From assembly GCF_001194135.2 (NCBI RefSeq), contig NC_068983.1, positions 24,230,802 to 24,294,801 on the forward strand: 64,000 bases of DNA, written 5' to 3'. The position numbers and the translations under genes are program-made. Of the stretch, positions 24,249 to 37,199 are shown piece after piece. The number at the start of each line of letters is the position of its first letter. Position 1 is the stretch's first letter. This stretch comes from Octopus bimaculoides. Taxonomy: Eukaryota. The notes under the pieces are model-generated. The model made no database searches. It was not told the origin of the DNA and saw only the letters and a program-made list of their open reading frames with translations.

Positions 24249-24460
24249 CTTTTACTCTTTTACTTGTTTCAGTCATTTGACTGTGGCCATGCTGGAGCAC
24301 TGCCTTTAGTCGAGCAATTCGACCCCAAGACTTATTCTTTGTAAGCCTAGTACTTATTCTATCGGTCTCTTTTGCCGAACCGCTAAGTTACGGGGACATA
24401 AACACACCAGCATCAGTTGTCAAGCGATGTTGAGGGGGACAAAATCAGACACACAAACAT

Positions 24461-24491
<31 letters not shown>

Positions 24492-24655
24492 CATATACAT
24501 ATATACGATGGGCTTCTTTCAGTTTCTGTCTACCAAATCCACTCACAAGGCTTTGGTCGGCCCGAGGCTATAGAAGACACTTTCCCAAGGTGCCATGCAG
24601 TGGGACTGAACCCGGAACCATGTGGTTGGTAAGCAAGCTACTTACCACACAGCCA
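24249..24655 (-). mobile_element. SINE family A, full length
   Basis: Reverse complement of the family A consensus including the internal (CA)n(TA)n. Confidence 0.93.
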
Positions 24656-24872
24656 GCATTTAAACAGGCCATATCAGGCTCAAATATTCTAGATGTTTTA
24701 GGTTCAGATTGGTCAGATCCGGTCTCTCTCACGTACTTTATAATGTCATGCTGAAAATAAGCAATCACATCATCAAAATCTCAATTCTACAATATAATTT
24801 ATGACTAATTCAAAATAATGTAAATGAATATGTATTACATTTAACAAATTAATCTGAATGTTAAAGGGTTAA
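24655..24872 (-). mobile_element. TTAA-type MITE copy
   Basis: Ends GAATGTTAAAGGGTTAA; body matches 23707-23930 in reverse. Confidence 0.78.
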
Positions 24873-25569
24873 AGGTATTTTGGTCTTGAGATGTTTCTTT
24901 TGGCAACTCTCTACATCAAAGATTTCTTGAAGAAAATCTGTCATTTCTTAAGCATATGCCTATCAGGTATTATCCTGAAAAAATCTTGACATTATTCCCT
25001 TTGCAACATTCTAAGTCCTGTCTCATACAATGGTTTACAAGAAGTGAAGCTGGCTTCTACAACAGTAGATGAGTTTGAGATCTAATCTGTGTCTGAACAG
25101 CAACAAGTTTGTAAGCTAATATGTTACACTGTCAATATGATGAAAGCTAATCTTTTCCCAAATACTGTATGACATGTTTTGCGAGCACAAGTTTGAAAAC
25201 AAAAGTGTACCAGAAGTCAAATGCACTGTAAAAAGAAAGGAGAACTATGACAATCCTGTAGGTGTTTGATTTAGCCCCTGCGGTCATGCAACTCATCTTG
25301 CTTGTCACATGAGCTGTTATTACTTGACAGGGTTAGCGGTTTGATATAGGACATTGACTCTTTAGATGAAGGAAGCTTTGTGGGGTTAAGAACCTTGTAT
25401 GAATATGGCATTACTTGGATGAATACTTTCTGAGAATTACATAAATACTTATAATACAGACTTATAAATACAAACAAGAAAGGTGGCTGCATTCAATGGA
25501 AACTGATTGGATAAATAAGTTACTAGGTATATGTGCTGCTCTGATTTTGAGTTTATATCCTATTATATT

Positions 25570-26017
25570 CTTTTATTCTTTTATTTGTTTCAGTCATTTG
25601 ACTGTGGCCATGCTGGAGCACTGCCTTTAGTTGAACAAATCAACCCCAGGAATTATTCTTTGTAAGCCTAGTACTTATTCCATCGGTCTATTTTGCCGAA
25701 CCGCTAAGTTATGGGGACATAAACACACCAACATCGGTTGTCAAGCAATGGTGAGGGGACAAACATAAATGCACAAACATGTACATACATATACAACAAG
25801 CTTCTTTCAGTTTCCATCTACCAAATTCATTCACAAGGCTTTGGTCAGCCTGAGGCTATAGTTGAAGACACTTGCCCAAGGTGCCACACAGTGGGACTGA
25901 ACNNNNNNNNNNAGGCTATAGTTGAAGACACTTGCCCAAGGTGCCACACAGTGGGACTGAACTCAGAACCATGTGGTTGGTAAGCAAGCTACTTACCATA
26001 CAGCCACTCCTGCACCT
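25570..26017 (-). mobile_element. SINE family A (10-N gap with duplicated flank inside)
   Basis: Consensus match. Confidence 0.92.
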
Positions 26018-26034
26018 GGTGTGATATATATTTA

Positions 26035-26240
26035 ATAAGTTGCATGTGTGGTTTGTGCTGTGAAAAGTTTGCTTCCCAACCACATGGTTTCTGGTTCAGT
26101 TCCACTGTGTGGCAACTTGGGCGAGCGTCTTCTATTATAGCCCTGCGCTAACCAAAACCTTATGAATGGATTTGGAAGATGACATGGAAAGAAGCCGATC
26201 ATTATATCTGTGTATCTGTGTGTGTGTGTGTGTGTGTGTG

Positions 26241-26292
<52 letters not shown>

Positions 26293-26530
26293 TGTATGCA
26301 TGGGTGTGTGTGTCTGTTTGTGACTCCTTGTTTTGACATCACATGGTTGTTATAAATCAATGTCATTCATTTCCAATATTCTGTGAAAAAATGTCTGGCC
26401 ATGGAGAAGCATTAGCTTGACAGGAAGGGCATCTGGCCTTAGAAAATCTACTTCAGTAAATTCTGTCTGACCCATTCAAGCAAAGAAAAATAGATATTTT
26501 AATGTCTACTTTTTAATGATGATAATGATA
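26035..26530 (+). mobile_element. Chimeric SINE: family A head + microsatellite + RTE-type tail
   Basis: A-type head to GAAAGAAGCC, (TG)n(TA)n, then a different body ending CAGGAAGGGCATC...GACCCATTCAAGC...ATGATGATAATG. Confidence 0.8.
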
Positions 26531-27726
26531 AATTTGTTTGCATTCTTGTTGGGTGTCTCTTAATTGTGTTTGTTCTGAAATAAAATCAATGCTACGAACT
26601 TTTTGGGTGATCGTATTACTAAAGATCGAAGGACATTCACAAGATTTCTGTTCACAGCATGATTAGAGTTTTTCTTTCTCTCTTTCTTTCTTTCCTTCCT
26701 TCTCTTTTAGGTGTTCTACTCTATTATTCATTTAGGCAGAAACCGACCACAGACCCAAATTCTAGCTGTTATTAATGTTTTTGCATATATGTATTTGGTT
26801 AACATCAATTTTCATTGTTGATATAGGTTAGCTGATTTTTTTCCATAAAACTATTTCTTTAAACATGTCTCTCTCTCTCTCTTTCTCTCTTTTCTTGTCC
26901 TGGCTTCTTTCAGTGTTCTAAATGACAGAATATATATGCCAAGTTTGCTTATTAATTCCTAGTGCTATCTAAAGCTGGATTCCATACAATGCATACAGTG
27001 AATTAGTTGAATCTGGAAGTGAATGCAGTCAGTCTTTTAATCTATACATCTGTTTGTACACATCTGTTTCTCTTTCTCTTTTTGTTTTGTTTTCTTTTGT
27101 TCATATTTCAAGACTGTTTAAAGACTTTTATTTGTAGTGTATTTTTCTCATGGTGCATTGATTCATTTAACAGGAAATAATGGCTTTCTTTGAAACTAAA
27201 AGAAAAAAAAAGTAAGAAAGAAAAAAGATTAACTTGCTTTTCAGAACAAAATGCTTGTAATCATAGATTTGATAAGATCTTGATAAAGATGAGAGGACTT
27301 ATTAAGCAATATTTCTTGGAAAGAACTAAAGAACTTTTGTATTTATATAGCAATAAGCATCATTATTTTCTTCCCAACCTGAGTCTTCTAAGGAAATAGA
27401 AAACCATGCCATGTTTTGCCATTTTCTTTCAGGAGTTTGTGTTGCAAAACATTGTTGTTGTTTAACCCCAGGTCATCACTGATTGAGCCGATCAATGATC
27501 AAATTGTTCTAGCTAAAAGCATCTGCGCTATTATTCAGATATGGTATATCTACAGACTACGTTATCTTATGTATCACCCTTTCTTCCTTTCCATTCCTTT
27601 TTCTTTTTTTTTATTTGAGACAGAAGAGTGTGATTTGAGTGGCTACAGAGTATCTTCTTTCTTTATGTATGTATGTGTGTGTGTGTGTGTGTGTGTGCGC
27701 GTGCGTGTATGTATATACATATAAAA

Positions 27727-27902
27727 ACATCCACTACACTGTCGGAGTGGTTGGCATTAGGAAGGGCATCCAGCTGTAGAAACTCTGCCAGATCAGATTG
27801 GAGCCTGGTGCAGCTATCTGGTTCGCCAGTCCTTAGTCAGATCGTCCAACCCATGCTAGCATGGAAAGCGGACGTTAAATGATGATGATGATGATGATGA
27901 AT
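27727..27902 (+). mobile_element. RTE-type LINE 3' end, young
   Basis: ...GGAAGGGCATCCAGCTGTAGAAACTCTGCC...CCCATGCTAGCATGGAAAGCGGACGTTAAAT(GAT)n. Confidence 0.92.
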
Positions 27903-29289
27903 CCTGTGATTGTGAGTGCAACAGCCTAACCAGTAGGCCCAGAGGAAGGAATAATACTCACCTGTGCTGTAAATATATTTAATAATGCTAATTAAATTAT
28001 GGAATTTCATTGGGAAGAGACAATGGGAAATTGACATTCACACATTTTCATATGAGTGTTGGTTGTTAAATTAAAGACTTGTGAATTAAGATTGTTGAAG
28101 ACTTACTGTTTGTACTACAGTCAGTGCCTGTTGGTCATCACAATAACATAAGTAACAAAAGCTTAATGAATTCTGCTTCTTATTAGTCTCTATGAATCAA
28201 ATTTTCTTAAGTGAATATAATCAATGGTACTCATTAGTTTCCGAAATAGATTGGATAATGTAAGTTAATTATTTCATAATCTTTTCTTTATCTTCTTTTG
28301 TTTTTCTTTCTTTCTTTCTTTCTTATATACAGGCATACATTGCTTTGCTCTGTACCATTATATCATGTTTGCAGAGACCAATTAAAGACATGTCTCTTCA
28401 AAGAGGTATCACACAAATCATTCTTTTAGATTGCTATTATTATTCCTGTGTATCCCTTCCTAAACATGTACACTCACAATTAGAGGCCTAATTAATACAT
28501 ATTTACTTGATTGGTTATGTTGAGTTCATGGGAGCAATTGCTATGTTTCATTTTTTTTTTCCTTTTGTTTCTTTTGAGAACAAGTCTTCTTCTTTAAATA
28601 ACTGAAATCTATAAAATTAATATTGCTTTTTTTATTTTGACAAAATATGGATTATTCTCTTATTCATTTGTTGGTTTGAGCCATTGATCTGGCAGCAGTT
28701 CTGGAGCACAGTTTTCAAAGGGTTTTTAGTTGATTATATTGCCTCCAATGCTTTTTTCTGGTATTCATTTTTTGTGCTTGGAAGGATGTAAGGCAAAGTT
28801 GATCTAGGCATAAAGAGACAACCAAAAACCACCAAATATTTTCGTTTGATGCTGGCACAAGTATGTGGGTAATAAGTTTGATTCACAATGATAACATTTT
28901 GAGTTTAAGCTCACTCTGTGGCACTTTGGGCAAATATCTTCCACTAAACCTTTGGACCCACCAAACCTTGTGAGGGAATTTTGTAGACAGAAAGTGTAGG
29001 AGAGCCTGTCATGTGTGTATGTGTACATATAGATATGTATATGCATATATATTTGTTGTAGTTTTATTAAAGTTAGTGTTTAATCCTGCCTGTATATTTA
29101 TTGATTGAAATAACGTGGTTATTAAGCTTTTATTTATATATTATATTGTGGAAGTTGGTAGGGATTATAATTTTTGTATGACTTAATAGAGTTGTCGCTG
29201 TTTAGTTACATATTTAAGTGTTGTTGTAATTTACTTAGAATTTATTTATCGATACGGTTGTACATAGAGTAAATGTGTTTGAAAGTTGT

Positions 29290-29640
29290 GGTTTCTTTGG
29301 TTAGTTCGTTGCCAAACAATACTTATTTTAGTGCTGTTGACACCACTGGATTGAATGGTACTGCTCAGGTGTCAAAACCATAATGATATACATGGGGCAG
29401 CTGATGATGGAGGTATGTTGGATTGTTTGTGTGGCAGTTTTTGTATTTGTGGAATAGTATTATTGGATTGTTGACATGGCTGTGGTATAGTAGTATAGTA
29501 TTATAATACATCCTTTTGATATATATATATATGTATGTATATATGGTGTGTATGTAAGTGTATGCAAAGTAGTGTTGATGTTGATAGTATGACTGACTGC
29601 TTTGGAGTGACACACCCCCTATTTGAAATGTAAGTATAAG
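29290..29640 (-). mobile_element. Old LINE relic (RT thumb-like), interrupted by microsatellite
   Basis: A/C-rich minus strand; NPIILFHKYK...YHYGFDT*AV resembles the L..YK.YIRP.LEYG...W region. Confidence 0.3.
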
Positions 29641-29659
29641 AATTTCAGTCAAATTAATT

Positions 29660-29905
29660 GACCCCAGTACTTATTTTTTTTGTTAAGTTTGCTACTTATT
29701 CTATTAGTCACTTTTGCTGAACTACTAAGTTACAGGGACAAACATACACAAACACACACACACACACACATGATGGGCTTCTTTCAGATTCTCTCTATCA
29801 GATCCACTCACAAGGTTTTGGTTGACCCGAAGCTATAAGTCTTTTGCTGAACTGCTAATTTATAGGACATAAACAAACCAACCCTGGTTGTACACGAGAC
29901 ACTCA

Positions 29906-29988
<83 letters not shown>

Positions 29989-30140
29989 ATATGATGGGCT
30001 TCCACACAGTTTCTGTTTACCGAATTCCCTCACAAGACCTCGGTCAGCCCAGTGCTACAGTAGAAAGTGCTACATGATGGGACTGAACCTGAAACCATGT
30101 GGTTGCAAAGATAACTTCTTAACCACACAGTCATGTCTGC
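29660..30140 (-). mobile_element. Two adjacent partial family A SINEs with long (CA)n
   Basis: The module cttttgctgaactgctaa...catga occurs twice. Confidence 0.8.
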
Positions 30141-30757
30141 ATCTACAAAGAAAACTTATTTTTCCCAACTATTGAACCCATTTTTGTGGATTCTACTTTA
30201 ATTAATCTCATATTTATAATTTTCCTGCCTTGATCCACATGTTAATCACGCTAATACATCTTTGATCCATGCCGGGACAGTGTTTGATGGACATATAAAT
30301 TTACTTTTTTTCTTTCTCTTGCTTTCTTCATTTAACTTTTTCTCTCTAATTTTCTCAACTCTGCATATTGTTCTTGACTGTTCATTCTTCTTACAACATT
30401 CAGAATTATTATATTTTCTTTTCTTTTAAACTTTATTGAAATAATTTTTTTAGTTGTTTTCATTAATGAATATTCAAATTTGTGCCACTTTGGTCCTAAT
30501 CTTGTTCTATCATAGCCATCTATAAATAACTTCACTGCATGTACAAAAGAGTTAGTGTAAAGATTTATTTATTTGTAATCTCTGTGGAAGTTTAATTGTA
30601 CCATGCAATATTGTACTTATCTCAAATGATAAATTAGACCTAAGAAATAAAAACCAAGAAGAGAAACAACCAAAAGAAAAAAAAACCTTGTTTTTAGATT
30701 ATATTTATTTTTCTGTCTGAAATATTTTGTTTTGTTTGTTTGAAATGTTTTAAATGC

Positions 30758-30808
<51 letters not shown>

Positions 30809-31279
30809 NNNNNNNNNNNNNNNNNNNNNNNNNNNNNNNNNNNNNNNNNNNNNNNNNNNNNNNNNNNNNNNNNNNNNNNNNNNNNNNNNNNNNNNNNNNN
30901 NNNNNNNNNNNNNNNNNNNNNNNNNNNNNNNNNNNNNNNNNNNNNNNNNNNNNNNNNNNNNNNNNNNNNNNNNNNNNNNNNNNNNNNNNNNNNNNNNNNN
31001 NNNNNNNNNNNNNNNNNNNNNNNNNNNNNNNNNNNNNNNNNNNNNNNNNNNNNNNNNNNNNNNNNNNNNNNNNNNNNNNNNNNNNNNNNNNNNNNNNNNN
31101 NNNNNNNNNNNNNNNNNNNNNNNNNNNNNNNNNNNNNNNNNNNNNNNNNNNNNNNNNNNNNNNNNNNNNNNNNNNNNNNNNNNNNNNNNNNNNNNNNNNN
31201 NNNNNNAGAGAGAGAGAGAGAGAGACAGAGAGACATTTGCAGAAGTGTGTATATACACTTCTGTGTATATATTTTGCAT

Positions 31280-31318
<39 letters not shown>

Positions 31319-31727
31319 TTAATATCTTTTTGCATTTGAAGTTTCCTTCTATATGTCTGAACTTGTCGGTCATTAGCCGATCAATAAATCGTTTGACTGT
31401 AATTGATAATGGTTGCTAATGACAACTGCTGTTCCCAGCAGAATAGTTCACATACCTGGCAACTGCTCTGTGTGGGTACGCTTTGATTTCATTATCAACA
31501 TGTTAGTTACCCAGTCTATATCACATATTCTTTCCTGCTCTGCACTAATTACTAGGCTTTAGATTAATCTAGATATTTTCTCAAGTTTTATAAAAATCAC
31601 ATTATCTATGACCAACCATAGCAGAAAGAGAATACATTTTTTGCACTTTTTACTTTCTTCTTTAGAAAATCTATAATCGTACAAAAATCATACGCACTTT
31701 CAGAATTCAGGGAGCCACATTTATAGA

Positions 31728-32050
31728 CGTGTGTGTGTGTGTGTGTGTGTGTACGTATGTGCATGTGTGTTGACATGTATATAAGTGTGTGTGTGTCATC
31801 ATCATCGTTTAACGTCCAGCCTCCATGATGGTATGGGTGGGACAATTTGTCATGTATATATGTATATGTGTGTGTGTGTGTATGTATATGTATATATGTG
31901 TGTGTGTGTATGTGTGTATGTGTATGTGTGTGTATGTGTGTGTATATATGTGTGTGTGTATGTGTATATATATATATGTGTGTATGTGTATATGTGTGTT
32001 TGTATAATACATACATATATATATATATATATATAGATATATACACACAC
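31728..32050. repeat. Complex (TG)/(TA) microsatellite block with a short RTE tail
   Basis: Directly visible; gives the spurious HTHT/VCVC ORFs. Confidence 0.95.
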
Positions 32051-32201
32051 AAACGTGTGTGGTAAGAAGCTTGCTTTCCATCATGTGTTTCTGGGTTCAG
32101 TCCCACTGTGTGGTACCTTGGGCAAATGTCTGTCACTAGTCTTGGGCCAACCAAAACCTTGTGAGTGGATTTGGAAGACAGAAACTGAAAGAAGCCTGCC
32201 T

Positions 32202-32247
<46 letters not shown>

Positions 32248-32460
32248 TGTCTGTGTTTGTCCCCCACTACTGCTTGACAACTGGTCTTGGTGTGTTTACA
32301 TCCCTGTAACTTAGTGGTTCAGCACAAGGGACTGATGGAATAAGTATCACGCTTAAAAAGAATAAGTCCTGAAGTCTATTTGTTTGACTGAAAAAAAAAC
32401 CTCTCAAGGCATGGGCCCCAGCATGGCTGCAGTCTAATGACTAAAACAAGTAAAAAGCAA
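32050..32460 (+). mobile_element. SINE family A
   Basis: Consensus match with CpG decay. Confidence 0.9.
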
Positions 32461-32639
32461 AACATTTATATATTTATGAGGAGGTATACTAAGTATGACA
32501 TGGTTCTTAATCGTCATCATCAGTGTCATTATCATCAACATCATCACCCACATAGTGTGTATGTGGTAGCTATGTGTCGACTATAGTGGACCATGTTTTG
32601 TAATACAACTTAGGTGTGTGTGTGATTTGATTATGTGTC

Positions 32640-32835
32640 ATCATCATTATTTAATATTTGTAAAGCTGTCCAACTCATGCTGGTATGGGTTGGACAGCTT
32701 TACAGGATTACAGGAGCTGGCAAAGCCGGGGGCTGCATCAGGTTCCATAGTCTGTTTTAGTTTGGTTTCTACAATTGGACGCCCTTCCTAACACCAACTA
32801 CTTTACAGAGTGTATTAGGTTCTTTTTGTGTTGCA
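32640..32835 (-). mobile_element. RTE-type 3' end
   Basis: CTGTCCAACTCATGCTGGTATGGGTTGGACAG...GACGCCCTTCCTAACACC. Confidence 0.8.
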
Positions 32836-33098
32836 TCATCACCAATGCTTTTTACATGGCACCATCACCAGTGCTTTTAATGCGGCACCATCACCAGTGC
32901 TTTTAATGTGGCACTATCACCAATGTTTTTTACATGGCACCATCACCAGTGCTTTTTACATGACGTTGTCACCAGTGCTTTTCATGTGGCATTAGTACCA
33001 GCACTTTCTACATGGCATTAGTACCAGTACTTTCTACATGGTACCAGCACCAGTGCTTTTTATATTGCACCAATGCTTTTTACATGGTGCCAGTACCA
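32832..33098. repeat. 26-bp minisatellite (~10 copies), consensus GCACCATCACCAGTGCTTTTTACATG
   Basis: Units can be read directly; contiguous with the RTE 3' fragment. Confidence 0.93.
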
Positions 33099-33869
33099 AT
33101 AGACAAACATAGCATTTATTACATTATGAACTGTAACAATATATGATCAATTATTGATTAGGAATGTAGAGCATTGATCCAGATAAAATTATTTTACTAT
33201 TATTAGTGAAGTTGCTGGTGAAAGCAAAAAGTACGGTAATCATTATCACTTTAATGCTTGCTTTTCCATGCTTGCATGTGTCAGATAAGAATATACTGGA
33301 GCAGAGCTTTCTACAGCCAGATACTCTTCCTGACTGCTATTTCTAGCGAGCTGGATGACTATGTGAAAGCTTGCTCACTGGCTTGATAAGAAAGTAGTTA
33401 ATGGGTTTCCTAAAATTTCTTTTGTTCAGTCTGTTTAAGCCACTAACATTGATATTTACTTCCTATTTCTGTAAAGTTAATCTAATAATAGACAAGCATA
33501 TCTTTCACAACACTGGTCTCTGTATTCTGATCATAAGACTCTTGTATATTAATTAATGTAGAAAATTAGTAGTTGATCCATTGATTGATTTTTCATTTTG
33601 ATATATTGAATATTGATAAAAGTTTGAGAAATAGTTTTCCATTCATTGTTACTTCAATCATGCTCTAAAAATGATGGTAAAGAATGTTCTAAAAAGATTC
33701 CTTGTTTTTGAGTTCATTTTAGAATGAAGTGCAGGATCTTAACTAAGAAACAAAACCACTTAATTGGAGTCTAGACAGAAACAAGTTTGTTGAATTGATG
33801 TGCTAAACTTTAGAAAAGTTTTGCATATTTTTCACTTCTGCTTATATATTGAACTAGTAGAGTATATAT

Positions 33870-34032
33870 TTGTACATGCTTAGCTGTTTAGTTAAGAAGC
33901 TTACTTCTCAAATGTGTTGTCTTGAATTTACTTCCACCACTGCACAGCACCTTGGGCAAGTGTCTTCTACTAGAGACCTGGACTGACCAAGCCTTGTGTG
34001 CAGATTTGGGAGACAAAAACTGAAAGATGCTC

Positions 34033-34068
<36 letters not shown>

Positions 34069-34170
34069 GATAGGTAGATAGATGTACCTACTAGTGCCTT
34101 GGACTGACCAAAGCCTTGTGAATGGAGGAAACTGAAAGAAGCCCATTGTGTCTGTGTATGAGTGGAAACA
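33870..34170 (+). mobile_element. SINE family A head with internally duplicated GACTGACCAAAGCCTTGTG module
   Basis: Module present at ~33980 and ~34100 around a microsatellite. Confidence 0.75.
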
Positions 34171-34289
34171 CCTGAGGATTGGAGACAGGATAGAGCTTTG
34201 GCCATGACAAATCTGTCTTAACAAATTCTGTCTGGTTCATGCAAACATGATCGGGTGGCTGATGATGTCTTTTTCTTGATATTAGAACA

Positions 34290-34518
34290 CAAATTTGACC
34301 CTGTTGTACTTTTGTTGAAATACAGTCCTTGTTTCAATTAATTTCAAAATATTTTGAAGAGCTTAGTAAAATAACTCCATCGTTATTTAGCGGGAGTTTG
34401 CATCCTAAATTTGCATGAAATTTTGATGGAAGCTTTCAATTTCAATTACTTCAAAACTGGAAATTTGCATTGTAGAATTAATGCAATTTTGGATGAGTTG
34501 GTTTCAGGAGGGTTAAGA
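34290..34518. mobile_element. Probable TTAA-type MITE (second family)
   Basis: Ends GGAGGGTTAA; degenerate left end TTTGACCCTG. Confidence 0.4.
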
Positions 34519-35188
34519 TATACATGTGATTGCACTAAAGATTACACACACATATACACACATACACATATATATATACACATACACACATGAGTGCACA
34601 CGATTTATAATTGCTGGTAACCTGGTCCCAACAGACTGAGAATTGCAAGTTGACAAAGTACTTTCTGCTCTCTGATAGTTTTTCTTTCTTTCTTTTTTTT
34701 TTTTTCTAATTGTTGACTAAAGTTAATCTGGAGAGAGATTACTATCTATAGGAATAAGACTTGCAGAGTGGAACGACTCTTTCAGTGCATCTCTCTGGCC
34801 ATTCTTAAGGGTAACACGTTCACCACTTCTTATGATAGGATGATGAAATATTTGTATGACTCCTTGAAATACTTTTTGTGATAAACATAACTATCAGAGT
34901 AAAAACGAAAAACATAAATTGTAGGTTGTAAAGGAATATGTAATTATACACCTTGTAATTTTTACATTCTTTTATGTTTATTGCAAAGCGGTCTGTCATA
35001 TGGGTGACTGTATATCTTTCTTTTTATTGTATATTTTTTTTACGTGTGGCTGTATTGTTTTAGAAAGAACATCATACCATAGGATATACTGATTGCATAG
35101 AATATTTTCTATAAAATATAATACAATTAATACATCGAGATGCTTATAGTATATTTGTCACATTGTAGCAACCAATTACTCTTGGATT

Positions 35189-35410
35189 TAATCCTTTAGC
35201 ATTTAAACCGGACATATCCAGCCCAAATAATCTGTTTTATGTTCAAACTGGACAGATCTGCCTCTCACACCTACTCTATAGTGACATTCTAAGAGTGTAC
35301 AATCACATTGTTATAATCTCGAAGTTATGACATAATGTTTGACTAATTCAAAACAATGTAAACAAACAAGCATTAACATTTGACAGAGTGACTTGAATGT
35401 TAAAATGTTA
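35189..35410 (-). mobile_element. TTAA-type MITE copy
   Basis: TTAATCCTTTAGCATTT ... GAATGTTAAAATGTTAA. Confidence 0.78.
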
Positions 35411-35649
35411 AATGTGCAATGTTTGGAATGTAATGTGATGCAGTGATCATGAGTACAAGAGAAGCTACATTTAGACTAATATTGACATCATTCTCAAGTT
35501 CATGCATAACTACTTATTGGAATGCTATGTTAAATTAGATATTCCTATTCCTGTCCTCCTATCAAACTTTATAGCTTCACAACACCTAACATAGAGCCGC
35601 TTCTCTCAATGCAGCACCCTCACCTAGTCCAGGTGTCTTGCCTTGTGAG

Positions 35650-35905
35650 TTATTTAGTGACATCATTAGTACCACAAGAAGAAAAGCACCCAGTACACTA
35701 TGTGAAGTGGTTGGTCATTAGTACCATCAGAAAAAAAAAGTACCCTGTACACTTTGTAAAGTGGTTGATGTTGGAAAGAATATCCATCCATGAAACCATG
35801 CCAAAACAGACATTGGAGTTTGGTGCATTCCTCTGGTTTGTTGGTTCCTGTTGAACTGTTTATTCCATGCCAGCATGGTAAAACAGACGTTTCAGTGACC
35901 ATGAT
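35650..35905 (+). mobile_element. RTE-type 3' end with duplicated AAAAGCACCCAGTACACT module
   Basis: Two tandem copies of attagtacca...aaag(c/t)accc(a/t)gtacact.tgt(g/a)aagtggttg. Confidence 0.75.
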
Positions 35906-36183
35906 AACAAAACTTTTGAGGTTGCATGGTCACAGAAAATGTCTAGAACTGTTCACTCTGACGTTTAAAAACATTGTTGATATATTTAAATTTTGATGTC
36001 ATTTAGTAGATGCTACTAAATGCTTTGATGTTATTTAGCAAATACATTCAACACTAAAGGTCTGTCTGCTCTGATATCTAATTCTGTTTTATCTTCTGAC
36101 ACTGTCTCACAATATAATTGTCTTCATGAAAGCTTCCAGTTGATTTTAGGATATTACGTGGGTATATTTATACATACATACAA

Positions 36184-36241
<58 letters not shown>

Positions 36242-36881
36242 TTATTATTTATTTTATTAACATACCTCTTATTGTGAAAATATTGGTTAGAGTATTGTTG
36301 TTGTCTGTACCACTATACTGTTACTCTATTCAGACTAAAAGTAAAAAACTTATTTGACCCATATACCTAGGGTTGTAATTCCTCAACATTAATTCCTCAA
36401 CACTTTGATAGTAGTAAAATGACCTGATACTACTATGACCAGTGGAANNNNNNNNNNNNNNNNNNNNNNNNNNNNNNNNNNNNNNNNNNNNNNNNNNNNN
36501 NNNNNNNNNNNNNNNNNNNNNNNNNNNNNNNNNNNNNNNNNNNNNNNNNNNNNNNNNNNNNNNNNNNNNNNNNNNNNNNNNNNNNNNNNNNNNNNNNNNN
36601 NNNNNNNNNNNNNNNNNNNNNNNNNNNNNNNNNNNNNNNNNNNNNNNNNNNNNNNNNNNNNNNNNNNNNNNNNNNNNNNNNNNNNNNNNNNNNNNNNNNN
36701 NNNNNNNNNNNNNNGCTCGCATTACTTAAATAAATTGAAGTAGCATGAAACGTGCGTACTGCAATCACCTTTGAAATCCGTGTTGCTTATTTTTTGATTT
36801 TGATCACCTATCCTTTTGGGATACGATATTCGGGTGCCTACGCATAAGTACCATATTCAACCTTGAATCTATATCTAAACC

Positions 36882-36972
<91 letters not shown>

Positions 36973-37199
36973 GACATACACACACACATACATATACACA
37001 TATATATGAATGGTCTACTTAGCCCACTCTACAAAGTGGTTGGTGTTAGGAAGGGAATCCAGCCATAAAAACCGTGCCAAAGCAGACACGGAGGCATGGT
37101 GCAGACTTCTGCCTGGCAATCTCCGTTACTTCCAAAATCCATTAAAGCGAAGTCCGTATTAGTGAGGTTCGAGTGTATCCATACATACATACATACACG

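Noticed and set aside
25349-25435. LRR-like peptide DIDSLDEGSFVGLRTLYEYGITWMN
   Set aside because: Single repeat with off-register Asn, bounded by stops, with no donor and no neighbouring LRR exons; probably chance.
25853-25962. Short perfect duplications flanking 10-N gaps (also 474-550, 59821-59895, 60078-60147)
   Set aside because: Scaffolding overlap artefacts.
14100-30639. Additional isolated minus-strand acceptor + short frame sites (14146 EVSLEHRKLIIRSCK*, 27195 VSKKAIISC*, 30639 GLIYHLR*)
   Set aside because: Isolated and indistinguishable from background in poly(T)-rich DNA; worth re-examining only if the 54-63 kb cluster is validated.
32832-33098. Regularly spaced repeats as a possible CRISPR array
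   Set aside because: Head-to-tail minisatellite without unique spacers, in eukaryotic DNA, with no cas genes.
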